A stretch of 64,000 bases of DNA from Octopus vulgaris. Its lineage: Eukaryota. The notes beneath the pieces were generated by a model. The model saw only the letters and a list, made by a program, of their open reading frames with translations. It was not told the DNA's origin and did not search any database. Position 1 is the first letter of the stretch. Each line of letters starts with the position of its first letter. The stretch spans positions 14,198,001-14,262,000 of the forward strand of contig OX597835.1 of assembly GCA_951406725.2 (NCBI GenBank), written 5' to 3'. The position numbers were made by a program, and so were the translations under genes. This document shows, piece by piece, positions 48,977 to 59,800 of the stretch.

Positions 48977-48978
48977 CA

Positions 48979-50716
48979 GCTCAGTCGTTTTTTTTTCGGC
49001 TCCTGAAAATTCGGTAAAAAAGAACAAAAAAGGTTGTTGTTGTTGTGGAAATTCTGAACGGCGTTGACGCGGTTTCGCGTTTCGCTCGTTCAGCGCGTTA
49101 CACTTTTTCTGTTTTGGCGGCCGTTTTCGGTCTGTCAGACAGAAGGAAATGGACTATGAGTCGCTAACAGACTTATCCACGACGGATGAGGAACTGGAAC
49201 AGGCAATTGCAGTGAAGCTGATGGAGGAAAAGGCTGGAGTTTTTGAGTCTTTATCAGACTTGCCTATGTCTGAGAAGGAGCTAGATATGGCAGCAAGGGA
49301 ATTGGAAAAGAAGCTGGGTTATACTTATGCCGGTGTAACCAAGAAGGCGGAAGAGAAAGGGGTCGACATGGCCAAGTTGCCAAGTTACCAGAAATACATG
49401 AAAAAGGAAAGCGGTGAGGTGGAACTATCACCGACACCCAGGAGAAAAGAATGGTATGATAAGAGGACCATTGTTTACAGGGTGTTCGCAAACGAAAGGA
49501 AGAGGGTAGAAGTTGTAACCATGGAATGGATACAGGAAGCCCTGCGAAGAACTGAGGAGGAAATAAATTTTCTGACTCGAGGATCCAAGTACGGGACCGT
49601 AGTTGTGCACTTTAAAAGTGAATCTGCAGCGAGGAAGATGGCAGCGAAGGCGGTGAAGTCGGAAAAGGTAACACTGTTACCTACGTATTTAAACAGGAGG
49701 ATTACACGAATAAGGGTGGAGGGAGTGCCACCAAACGTGGAGGCAGAATGGATTGTGGCGGCTGTGATCAGCGGCCACGAGGACGAAGTAGATATTCTCC
49801 ATGCCTCGGTTAAGTCCGAGGGCTGGAGAGGAGTAACAGTGGAGCTGAACGTACAGGCAGAGACCGAGGTACTGGTGGACCTGACGGAAAGCATCAGACT
49901 GGGAGAAGTGATCATGAGAGTGTGGGTGGAGGGCAGGGCTCCACGTTGTTACAAGTGTGGCCTGAGGGGTCACATAAGAGCCTTCTGCCCTCCAGGGAAA
50001 GAAATGGATCCCGAACCAGAGAGAGAGAAGCAGAAACCAGAGGAGAAGGAAACAGAGGAAGAGAATACACAGACATGGAAGGAAGCTGGAAGTAAGAGGA
50101 AGAGAAGAATATGTGGAAAAAAAGAAAATAATATGGAACTCCAATCTACCCCAAAACCTCCCACACCCTCTGAGTCCCACCCTATCCATGCAGACATTGA
50201 ACCCACCCGCTCCCCACCAACAAGAAAACAAAAGAAAAAAAAGAATACACACACACAAGAGATTGAAATCGAACCCAGGCCGTACATTTGTACTATGACT
50301 GAACAGAGGGAAGTTAAAAGTCTAATGGAAGAGTATAAACGGTATGATGTTGGAGAGACTAGGTATGCTGTGATTGAAAAAAAGAACATAGGTGAGTTTA
50401 TGGGGAGGTGTGAAAAGGAAAATTGGGAGGTGAAAGATATAAGAATGAGCGATGAATTCGTGGAAAATATGAATGAGTATTTCGGAGTAAGAATGGATAT
50501 GGAATTTATTCATATTGGCAAAGAACATTCAAGTGACTATGAAAAACAAAGGACAGGTAAGTGATGCTGACGGACGGGGCCGTTGGTGTCGCTTTCATTT
50601 TATCATTTTTTCGGTTAACACTTCATGTTCATAAAATTTAATTATAATGTTCTGTGTCCCCATGTTTTGTTATGTCCGGCACTCTTCGTAGCCCCTTAGT
50701 GGGTAATAAAGAAATA
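48979..50716 (+). mobile_element. Family B copy 2
   Basis: Same 5' end GCTCAGTCGTTTTT; 3' end GCCCCTTAGTGGGTAATAAAGAAATA followed by TSD GCCTTACTGCTTTCTGCT (50717-50734 = 47220-47237). Confidence 0.9.
49149..50564 (+). CDS. Family B ORF1p, intact, 471 aa (CCHC knuckle), divergent homologue of family A ORF1p
   Basis: RGSKYGTVVVHF ~ RGRRFGTVEVRF; VWVEGRAPRCYKCGLRGHIRAFC ~ VFVEGRKPRCFGCGKKGHVRAEC. Confidence 0.88.
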   Translation: MDYESLTDLSTTDEELEQAIAVKLMEEKAGVFESLSDLPMSEKELDMAARELEKKLGYTYAGVTKKAEEKGVDMAKLPSYQKYMKKESGEVELSPTPRRKEWYDKRTIVYRVFANERKRVEVVTMEWIQEALRRTEEEINFLTRGSKYGTVVVHFKSESAARKMAAKAVKSEKVTLLPTYLNRRITRIRVEGVPPNVEAEWIVAAVISGHEDEVDILHASVKSEGWRGVTVELNVQAETEVLVDLTESIRLGEVIMRVWVEGRAPRCYKCGLRGHIRAFCPPGKEMDPEPEREKQKPEEKETEEENTQTWKEAGSKRKRRICGKKENNMELQSTPKPPTPSESHPIHADIEPTRSPPTRKQKKKKNTHTQEIEIEPRPYICTMTEQREVKSLMEEYKRYDVGETRYAVIEKKNIGEFMGRCEKENWEVKDIRMSDEFVENMNEYFGVRMDMEFIHIGKEHSSDYEKQRTGK

Positions 50717-50884
50717 GCCTTACTGCTTTCTGCTGGATTTTACCTCGAGAAAGGAACCCTGAGGAAGGAGGGCTGAATTTCGAATACTTCGTACAACAAA
50801 CGGCTGCAGGTTAGGAAAAAAATTTAATCGCCTCTTTCAATTTAGGTTTTCATTTTTCATGTTTTTATTTGTATTTCATTGTTT

Positions 50885-51454
50885 ATATTGTGTCCGGATA
50901 TTGTTCCGATTTTTAAAGGAAAGTACATGGTCACTAAATACTTGCCATTACATTTTTAATGAACCAAATCTGAACCATTTCGTTGCACAATACGTCTCCA
51001 TCTTACACTTTACCTTAAAAATACCCTCTTCCCAGAATTGGGGTGGTTTCAAGGAAAATAATTCATCAAGGTGTCTTTTTACGTCATCTAAGGAATTGAA
51101 ATTTTCACCATTAAGACTATTCTGCAGAGACCTGAATAAGTGGAAATCCGAAGGAGTAATATCTGGTGAATATGGAGGGTGGGGTAAGTCACCCCAGCCA
51201 AGCTGCAGCAATTTTTGTCTGGTTCCCAAAGCATCAAATGCCGATAATGAATTTTTCTCATCTTTTAATTTAAAGGGTTACAGAATTAACACAGGTTATT
51301 GGAACATAAACCTTCTTCCACGAAAAGATAGATTAAATTGTTGTGCTCCAAATGGAGGTGTAGTCAAATCCTATTTTATGGACTCAAACATGTTCTAAAA
51401 TAAGTCGAAAGATAAGCTACTATAAATCTGCAAGAACTTTCCGGACAACCCAAT
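50885..51454 (-). mobile_element. Internally deleted mariner relic
   Basis: ORF 50948-51229 with HPPYSPDITPSDFHLF; TIR-like GAACTTTCCGGACAACCCAATA at ~51433-51454. Confidence 0.8.
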
Positions 51455-51852
51455 ATTTCTATATTTTTATCATGAAATTCTTAATATAAATATGTGGATA
51501 TTTGTATGGAATAATACCTCATGTGCTACATCTGAATTTTCTTGTCTGAATGTTTTAAGACAAATATCCGAAATTTTTATCGTATACCACATTTTATTAA
51601 TACTTAGCTCATATACGGAGACAAAAATGTTGTACTATATACTGCAGGTTATCTCCATTAAAATTATATTTAGCATTAGAATTCTTCAAGTAGTATAAAA
51701 ATGGTTATTGTCTGCATCATTCGAAAGCGAAATAAATTTTGCATAAGGTGTAAAAGATAAAAAATAATTTGTATGGTGTTAGTAACAAAATATTTTGTAA
51801 GAAATAGAACTTTTATCGTCTGTCTTAAATATATTTTCGCCAGTGTATATAT

Positions 51853-52950
51853 CTCAGGTCATCCCATAAGTTCTGTCTGAATTTTGGATAAAGAATACAA
51901 GTGATCAAATGTTATATTTAATTGAAAGTTAATCATCAATGTACTTTCCTAATTATCTATGACTTACCTCCATCTATTTACAAGCTTTTTAATCCCATCA
52001 ACGTAAAACTCTTTTGGTTTGAAAGCGAAGAACTCTGAAATGTCAGGTTCGACCTCCCCCTGGCTTGCGAAAGTTGTATCCCCCTACTAATTCTGTAAAC
52101 TATGAAACAAATGGTATCCTGAAGGAGTAAGGTCGGGAGAATAAGTTGGATGAAGAAATTTTTCCAAACCGACCCCTTCGATCTTCTGTGATGTGATCTT
52201 TGCATGTGGGGTTGCGCTTGTCCTGATGAAACATCACTCGTTTTCGACTCACTAAAGCGGCTCTTTTTTCCTTCAAAGCTTGGTTCAAACGCTCTAATTG
52301 CTGACAGTAGACTTGAGCATTGATTGTTGCATTAGGTGGTAACAATATAAAGTGAATTACGCCTTTGCAATCGCACCAGATAGAGAGTAGAACCTTTTTC
52401 CCATGAAGTTCCCTTCTCGGTTGTGGTTGAGAATTTTCCCTTTTACCAAGCCACTGTTTACGACGTCTAACATTTCGATAGAAAATCCATTTTTCATCAC
52501 AAGTCTATCGAAAAAGGGTGAAATGAGTTTGCGAGAATGGAGAGAAGAGCAGATGCCAACTCGGGATTTGCGGTTGCTTTCGGACAATACATAAGGCACC
52601 TATTTTCCAAGTTTAGGAACCTTTCCACGTTGTTGAAGATGACGATGAACTGTTGTATGGTTTGAAGTAAGCTTTATTGCCAATTCTTCAACTGATAATG
52701 ACGGATTTTCTTCAAGTAATGCCTCAAGGAGCTTGTCAAACTCAACTGGACATCCTGTTCGATATTCATCTTCAATTTTGCAGACGATCTCCTGCAAGTT
52801 CTTTCATTCGAGCACTTTGCCATAAACTGAGTGTATGTTTCGAGTCACTTCGGCATCAGAGTTACCTTTATTGTACTCATAAAGAATTATATGTGCCTTA
52901 AATGCTCCTTGGATACTTCCATGTTGAAAGGGTTTTAATCAAAGCAATTT
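51853..52950 (-). mobile_element. Degenerate mariner transposon (transposase ATG at ~52922; multiple frameshifts and stops)
   Basis: MEVSKEHLRH.., TGCPVEFD..LLEENPSLSVEELA..VHRHL..KLGK, TINAQVYCQQLERL..VMFHQD. Confidence 0.85.
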
Positions 52951-52951
52951 T

Positions 52952-54272
52952 AGGGTGTCCACGAAGTCTGGGTTTATGGAATAAAATCATAACATAAGAA
53001 ATAATAATTTTCCTTTTTTACTTTTGTTTAAATTAAATAAAAAAAATACTTTACTTTTCTAAATTTATTTGTTATTTTTTCTACAGATGATCGAATGATG
53101 GCTCTGTCTAAAGAAGAAAGAATCCCAGATCGAATGATGAATCTGTCTAAAGAAGAAAGAATCGAGTTAGTATTATTAAGTGGACGAGAGGGATGGTCTT
53201 ATCGCAAAATTGCGGAAGAATTTAATCTTCCACACCCTTGTAGGCAACCTATTTATTTTACTGCCGTCAGGAAATTGATCAAGAAATTTAAAGAAACAGG
53301 CAGTGTTTCGGATAAACCCCGTTCCGGGCGACCAAAGACTTCAGATGAAACTAAAGAGGCTGTCGAGGCTAAAGTTTCTGCTAGCTAGCCCCCAAAAATC
53401 ACTTCGTCGGACATCTACGGTGTTAGGTGTTCCAAAACCAACCATCCACAAAATGCTGGTTGAGGAAAAGTTTCATCGATACAACCTACAGATATTGCAT
53501 CACTTAAATGAAGACGATCCTGATAGACGAATGTAGACGTGCGAATGGTTTTCAGATAAATTGGATGAAAATATCAATTTTACGAAAAACTTTGTGTTGT
53601 TCAGTGACAAAGCTACGTTTTATGTAAATGGTGAGGTCAACAGACAGAATCTTCTATACTGGTCTCGAGGTAATCCACATTGGCTGGATCTATCCAAACA
53701 GCAAGACAGCAAAAAGGTGATGGTGTGGTGTGGTTTTTGGAAAGCTCATGTTCTAGGACCCTTCTTCATTGAACATGTAACGGATGAGACTTATGCAAAT
53801 ATATTGAGAGACAAATTAATATCTTAAATTGAGCGCCTAGGCGAGGACCTTCCGAATTGGTTTCAGCAGGATGAGGCCCCTACCCATTTTGCCACAACTG
53901 TTAGAGATTGATTTAATGACACTTTTCCTCCTCACTAGATTGGAAGAAGGGGTCATATGGAATGGTCCCCTCGTTCACCAGACCTTTCTCCCCTTGATTT
54001 CTTTTTCTGGGGTATGTTGAAAGAGAAAGTTTACTCAATAAAGATTACAGATTTAAAACACACGAGAGAACGCATTACCAGTCAGTGTGCTTAAATTGAT
54101 GGCAATATAGACTTATTTAATCAAGCTCACCTGAATTTTGCAAGGCGCATCAAGTTATGCATTGAAAATGATGGAAATCACTTTGAAAATATTATTTATT
54201 ATAATTAAAAAAATTGTTTTGTTTTAAAAGTATGTGTTAATTCCCATGTACGCAGACTTTGTGGACACCGTC
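52952..54272 (+). mobile_element. Degenerate Tc1/mariner element, rosa/DD41D-like
   Basis: TIRs AGGGTGTCCACGAAGTCTGGGTTTATGG / CCATGTACGCAGACTTTGTGGACACCGT; KFKETGSV..RSGRP, FSD, FQQD-x41-D within WSPRSPDLSPLDFFFWG; in-frame stops. Confidence 0.85.
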
Positions 54273-55048
54273 TATTATTTTGTAAAACAATATTGAATTA
54301 GTTTAAACGTACACAAATGCATAAAAATAATTTTTAATTGAATTAGACATTTGCAAATACTATTAAATTTCATTCAACTCTAAAATTGGGCAGAACTGAC
54401 TGGATGACTTGATATATGTAATCTATGATATTCTAGTAAGTTTCAAGTTTATAACACCTTGATATCTCATTTTATATGCCTAAGACGTTTATTTTCTATT
54501 CTGGTTTTTATATATTTCTATACATTATATTTGTATCTATAATTTATTTTAAGCCGAAACGTAATACGATCCTTGTACGAACGAAAGAACAAGAATGTCC
54601 TCTGGAACGTTTATCTTCCACCGGCGTTTGTAATCGATGGTGACATGTGCGATGATTTTGCGACTATCTTATATTTTACAGAGAAATTGGAAGCCCCGAA
54701 TGTAAGTCAGCGCTTTATGCATAATTCAATATTCACAGTTCTCTATTTCTAACAGAAATTCTGTCCTCAATAACTATAGATCTATTTCTAAATGTATTTC
54801 TTTTTCTTTTCCTTCATGCACTCCCGTCTGTCTCTTGACAAAGCTTTCTTTCTCCAGCGTTCACCACGTCACCTCGTTAGGGTTAAACAGCCCTTAGCGA
54901 AAATTTTGACTGTCCTGAATTGTTAGGAGCTTTGACGTTCCACGTATCTCGATTTTATCTAATTTGGTTTGGGGGAGCAATTGCCAACATCTGAGGAAGA
55001 GTTGTTTGGTTTTTTTTTATATTCTGCCTTCACGCTATAGTTCTCTAT
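53989..55048. repeat. Segmental duplication, copy 2 (matches 1-1115); homology resumes at ~56644-56895 (= ~3391-3635)
   Basis: Direct sequence comparison. Confidence 0.92.
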
Positions 55049-55058
55049 TTAATTAAGA

Positions 55059-55171
55059 TAGCCTAGCTTAGCCTAGCCTAGCTTAGCCTAGCTAGCCTAG
55101 CCTAGCTCTAGCTTGCTGTTGCCTGCTGCTGCTGTTGCTGCTGCTGCTGTTGCTGTTGCTGTTGCTGTTGT

Positions 55172-55245
<74 letters not shown>

Positions 55246-55270
55246 TTGCTGTTGCTGTTGTTGTTGTTGT

Positions 55271-55329
<59 letters not shown>

Positions 55330-55455
55330 TTGCTGTTGCTGTTGCTGTTGCTGTTGTTGTTGTTGCTGCTGTTGCTGTTGCTGTTGTGCTGTTGTTGTTG
55401 CTGTTGTTGTTGCTGTTGCTGTTGCTGTTGTTGCTGTTGCTGTTGCTGTTGCTGT

Positions 55456-55496
<41 letters not shown>

Positions 55497-55550
55497 TTGC
55501 TGTTGTTGTTGTTGTTGTTGTTGCTGCTGCTGCTGTTGTTGTTGCTGCTG

Positions 55551-55583
<33 letters not shown>

Positions 55584-55595
55584 CGCTGCTGCTGA
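55059..55595. repeat. Short (CCTAG/CTTAG)n followed by a (GCT/GTT)n compound microsatellite
   Basis: Direct reading; source of the polyQ/L/C/AV ORFs. Confidence 0.95.
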
Positions 55596-55672
55596 CAAGC
55601 ATTGCCGCTGCCCTGCTGCTGCGCCCAGCCGAGCGAGCTGCTGTCTCTCCTGTTTATAGTGGTGCGATCAAC

Positions 55673-56393
55673 GCCATAGCGCTCACTGTTGTCTCGTAGC
55701 CGCGGACAACATTGAGCCCAATGGCGCCCAGAGCGAGCTCTGGTCGCCATAGCGCTCACTGTTGTCTCGTAGCCGCGGACAACATTGAGCCCAATGGCGC
55801 CCAGAGCGAGCTCTGGTCGCCATAGCGCTCACTGTTGTCTCGTAGCCGCGGACAACATTGAGCCCAATGGCGCCCAGAGCGAGTCTCCGGTCGCCATAGC
55901 GCTCACTGTTGTCTCGTAGCCGCGGACAACATTGAGCCCAATGGCGCTCAGAGCGAGCTCTGGTCGCCCATAGCGCTCACTGTTGTCTCGTAGCCGCGGA
56001 CAACATTGAGCCCAATGGCGCCCAGAGCGAGCTCTGGTCGCCATAGCGCTCACTGTTGTCTCGTAGCCGCGGACAACATTGAGCCCAATGGCGCCCAGAG
56101 CGAGCTCTGGTCGCCATAGCGCTCACTGTTGTCTCGTAGCCGCGGACAACATTGAGCCCAATGGCGCCCAGAGCGAGCTCTGGTCGCCATAGCGCTCACT
56201 GTTGTCTCGTAGCCGCGGACAACATTGAGCCCAATGGCGCCCAGAGCGAGCTCTGGTCGCCATAGCGCTCACTGTTGTCTCGTAGCCGCGGACAACATTG
56301 AGCCCAATGGCGCCCAGAGCGAGCTCTGGTCGCCAGAGCGCTCACTGTTGTCTCGTAGCCGCGGACAACAGTGAGCCCAATGGCGCCCAGAGC
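55673..56393. repeat. GC-rich 73-bp minisatellite, ~10 copies, each unit made of two hairpins
   Basis: GCTCACTGTTGTC recurs at 55681, 55754, 55827... Confidence 0.95.
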
Positions 56394-56399
56394 CCTGCT

Positions 56400-56530
56400 C
56401 CTGACACTCCCTGGACCCTAAGCAAGGCGTGTGTAAAATTTGAATGAAATTGGTTGTGTAGTTCTCAAGTTATAGGGATTCACACAGACAGACAGATACA
56501 CATTCTTATTTTCATATATATCGATATACT
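56400..56530 (+). mobile_element. Helitron/Helentron-like non-autonomous element end
   Basis: TGTGTAAAATTTGAATGAAATTGGTTGTGTAGTTCTCAAGTTAT..(ACAG)n..TTTTCATATATATCGAT resembles invertebrate rolling-circle element ends. Confidence 0.45.
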
Positions 56531-56883
56531 AGCATTATGAGTATATATATGTGTTCATATTACATGTACACATATATATACATATATATATATATATACA
56601 TATATAAATTTACCCATAAAATACAAAATACAATGTTATATCTTGATATCGCTAGTGATAACAATACTCAAAATATATAACAGACTGGAATTGTAGGCCC
56701 GTCTCTTGCAATTTCGACCAATTGTATTTTGTCCTCCCCTCTGGTGTAGAAGTGTGGCTACACCAGCCTACCTCTACTTCTGCGGGGATATCTTTCATAG
56801 TCACACCAAGACACTTTTCGATGGTGCTTTCCTCCAGGTGTTCAAATCTTCTTTTTTCTCTACATTGCATGCTTTATAGACAA

Positions 56884-59800
56884 TTGTATATATGCAAATT
56901 GTATATAGGTATGTAAATATATGCAAATTGTATATAGGTATGTAAATATATGCAAATTGTATATAGGTATGTAAATATATGCAAATTGTATATAGGTATG
57001 TAAATATATGCAAATTGTATATAGGTATGTAAATACATGCAAATTGTATATAGGTATGTAAATACATGCAAATTGTATATAGGTATGTAAATACATGCAA
57101 ATTGTATATAGGTATGTAAACACATGCAAATTGTATATAGGTATGTAAATACATGCAAATTGTATACAGGTATGTAACATATGCAAATTGCATATAGGAA
57201 TGTAAATATATGCAAATTGCATATAGGAATGTAAATATATGCAAATTGCTTATAGGAATGTAAATATATACAAATTGCATATAGGTATGTAAATATATGC
57301 AAATTGCATATAGGTATGTAAATATATACAAATTGCATATATGTATGTAAATATATACAAACTGCATATATGTATGTAAATATATACAAACTGCATATAT
57401 ATATGTAAATATATACAAACCGCATTTATGCATGTAAATATAAACAAACCGTATATATGCATGTAACTATATACAAATTATATATATGCATACAAATATA
57501 AACAAATTATATATATGCATACAAATTATATATATGTATATAAACGTATACAAATTATATATATGTATATAAACGTATACAAATTATATATATGTATATG
57601 AACGTACACAAATTATATACATGTATATGAACGTACACAAATTATATACATGTATATAAACGTACACAAATTATATATATGTATATAAACGTATACAAAT
57701 TGTATATATGTATATAAACGTATACAAATTATATATTTGTATATAAATATATACAAAATATATATAATTATATATATAATTTGTATATATTTATATACAT
57801 ATATATAAATATATACAAATTATATATATGTATATGAATATATACAAATTATATATATGTATATGAATATATACAAATTATATATATGTATATGAATATA
57901 TACTATATATATGTATATGAATATATACAAATTATATATATGTATATGAATATATATACAAATTATATATATGTATATGAAGATATACAAATTACATATA
58001 TGTATATGAAGATATACAAATTACATATATGTATATGAAGATATACGAATTACATATATGTATATGAAAATATGCAAATTATATATATGTATATGAAGAT
58101 ATACAAATTATATATATGCATACAAATTATATATATGTATATATGTATACAAATTATATATATGTATATAAATGTATACAAATTATATATATGTATATAA
58201 ACGTATACAAATTATATATACGTATATAAACGTACACAAATTGTATATTTGTATATAAATATATACAAAATATATAGAATTATAAATATAATTAGTATAT
58301 ATTTATATACATATATATAAATATATAAAAATTATATATTTGTATATAAATGTATACAAATTATATATATGTATATGAATATATACAAATTATACATATG
58401 TATATGAATATATACAAATTATACATATGTATATGAATATATACAATATATATATATGTATATGAATATATACAAATTATATATATGTATATGTATATAT
58501 ACAAATTATATATATGTATATGTATATATACAAATTATATATATGAATATGAATATATACAAATTATATATATGTATATGAATATATACAAATTATATAT
58601 ATGTATATGAATATATACAAATTATATATATGTATATGAATATATACAAATTATATATATGTATATGAATATATACAAATTATATATATGTATATGAATA
58701 TATACAAATTATATATATGTATATGAATATATACAAATTATATATATGTATATGAATATATACAAATTATATATATGTATATGAAAATATACAAATTATA
58801 TATATGTATATGAATATATACAAATTATATATATGTATATGAATATATACAAATTATATATATGTATATGAATATATACAAATTATATATATGTATATGA
58901 ATATATACAAATTATATATATGTATATGAATATATACAATTTATATATATGTATATGAATATATACAATTTATATATATGTATATGAATATATACAAATT
59001 ATATATATGTATATGAATATATACAAATTATATATATGTATATGAATATATACAAATTATATATATGTATATGAATATATACAAATTATATATATGTATA
59101 TGAATATATACAAATTATATATATGTATATGAATATATACAAATTATATATATGTATATGAATATATACAAATTATATATATGTATATGAATATATACAA
59201 ATTATATATATGTATATGAATATATACAAATTATATATATGTATATGAATATATACAAATTATATATATGTATATGAATATATACAAATTATATATATGT
59301 ATATGAATATATACAAATTATATATATGTATATGAATATATACAAATTATATATATGTATATGAATATATACAAATTATATATATGTATATGAATATATA
59401 CAAATTATATATATGTATATGAATATATACAAATTATATATATGTATATGAATATATACAAATTATATATATGTATATGAATATATACAAATTATATATA
59501 TGTATATGAATATATACAAATTATATATATGTATATGAATATATACAAATTATATATATGTATATGAATATATACAAATTATATATATGTATATGAATAT
59601 ATACAAATTATATATATGTATATGAATATATACAAATTATATATATGTATATGAATATATACAAATTATATATATGTATATGAATATATACAAATTATAT
59701 ATATGTATATGAATATATACAAATTATATATATGTATATGAATATATACAAATTATATATATGTATATGAATATATACAAATTATATATATGTATATGAA

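Noticed and set aside
26656-50528. Short antisense and alternate-frame ORFs repeated within the elements
   Set aside because: Shadows of the purine-rich main ORFs; they recur only because the units are near-identical
50717-50765. Target resembling U5 snRNA (GCCTT..AC, GAGA..GGAAC..CTGAG)
   Set aside because: Lacks the invariant loop I GCCTTTTAC and an Sm site; similarity too weak
55092-55759. PolyQ/polyL/polyC/AV ORFs
   Set aside because: Trinucleotide compound microsatellite open in several frames
55673-56393. CRISPR-like palindromic repeat array
   Set aside because: No unique spacers, no cas genes, eukaryotic context
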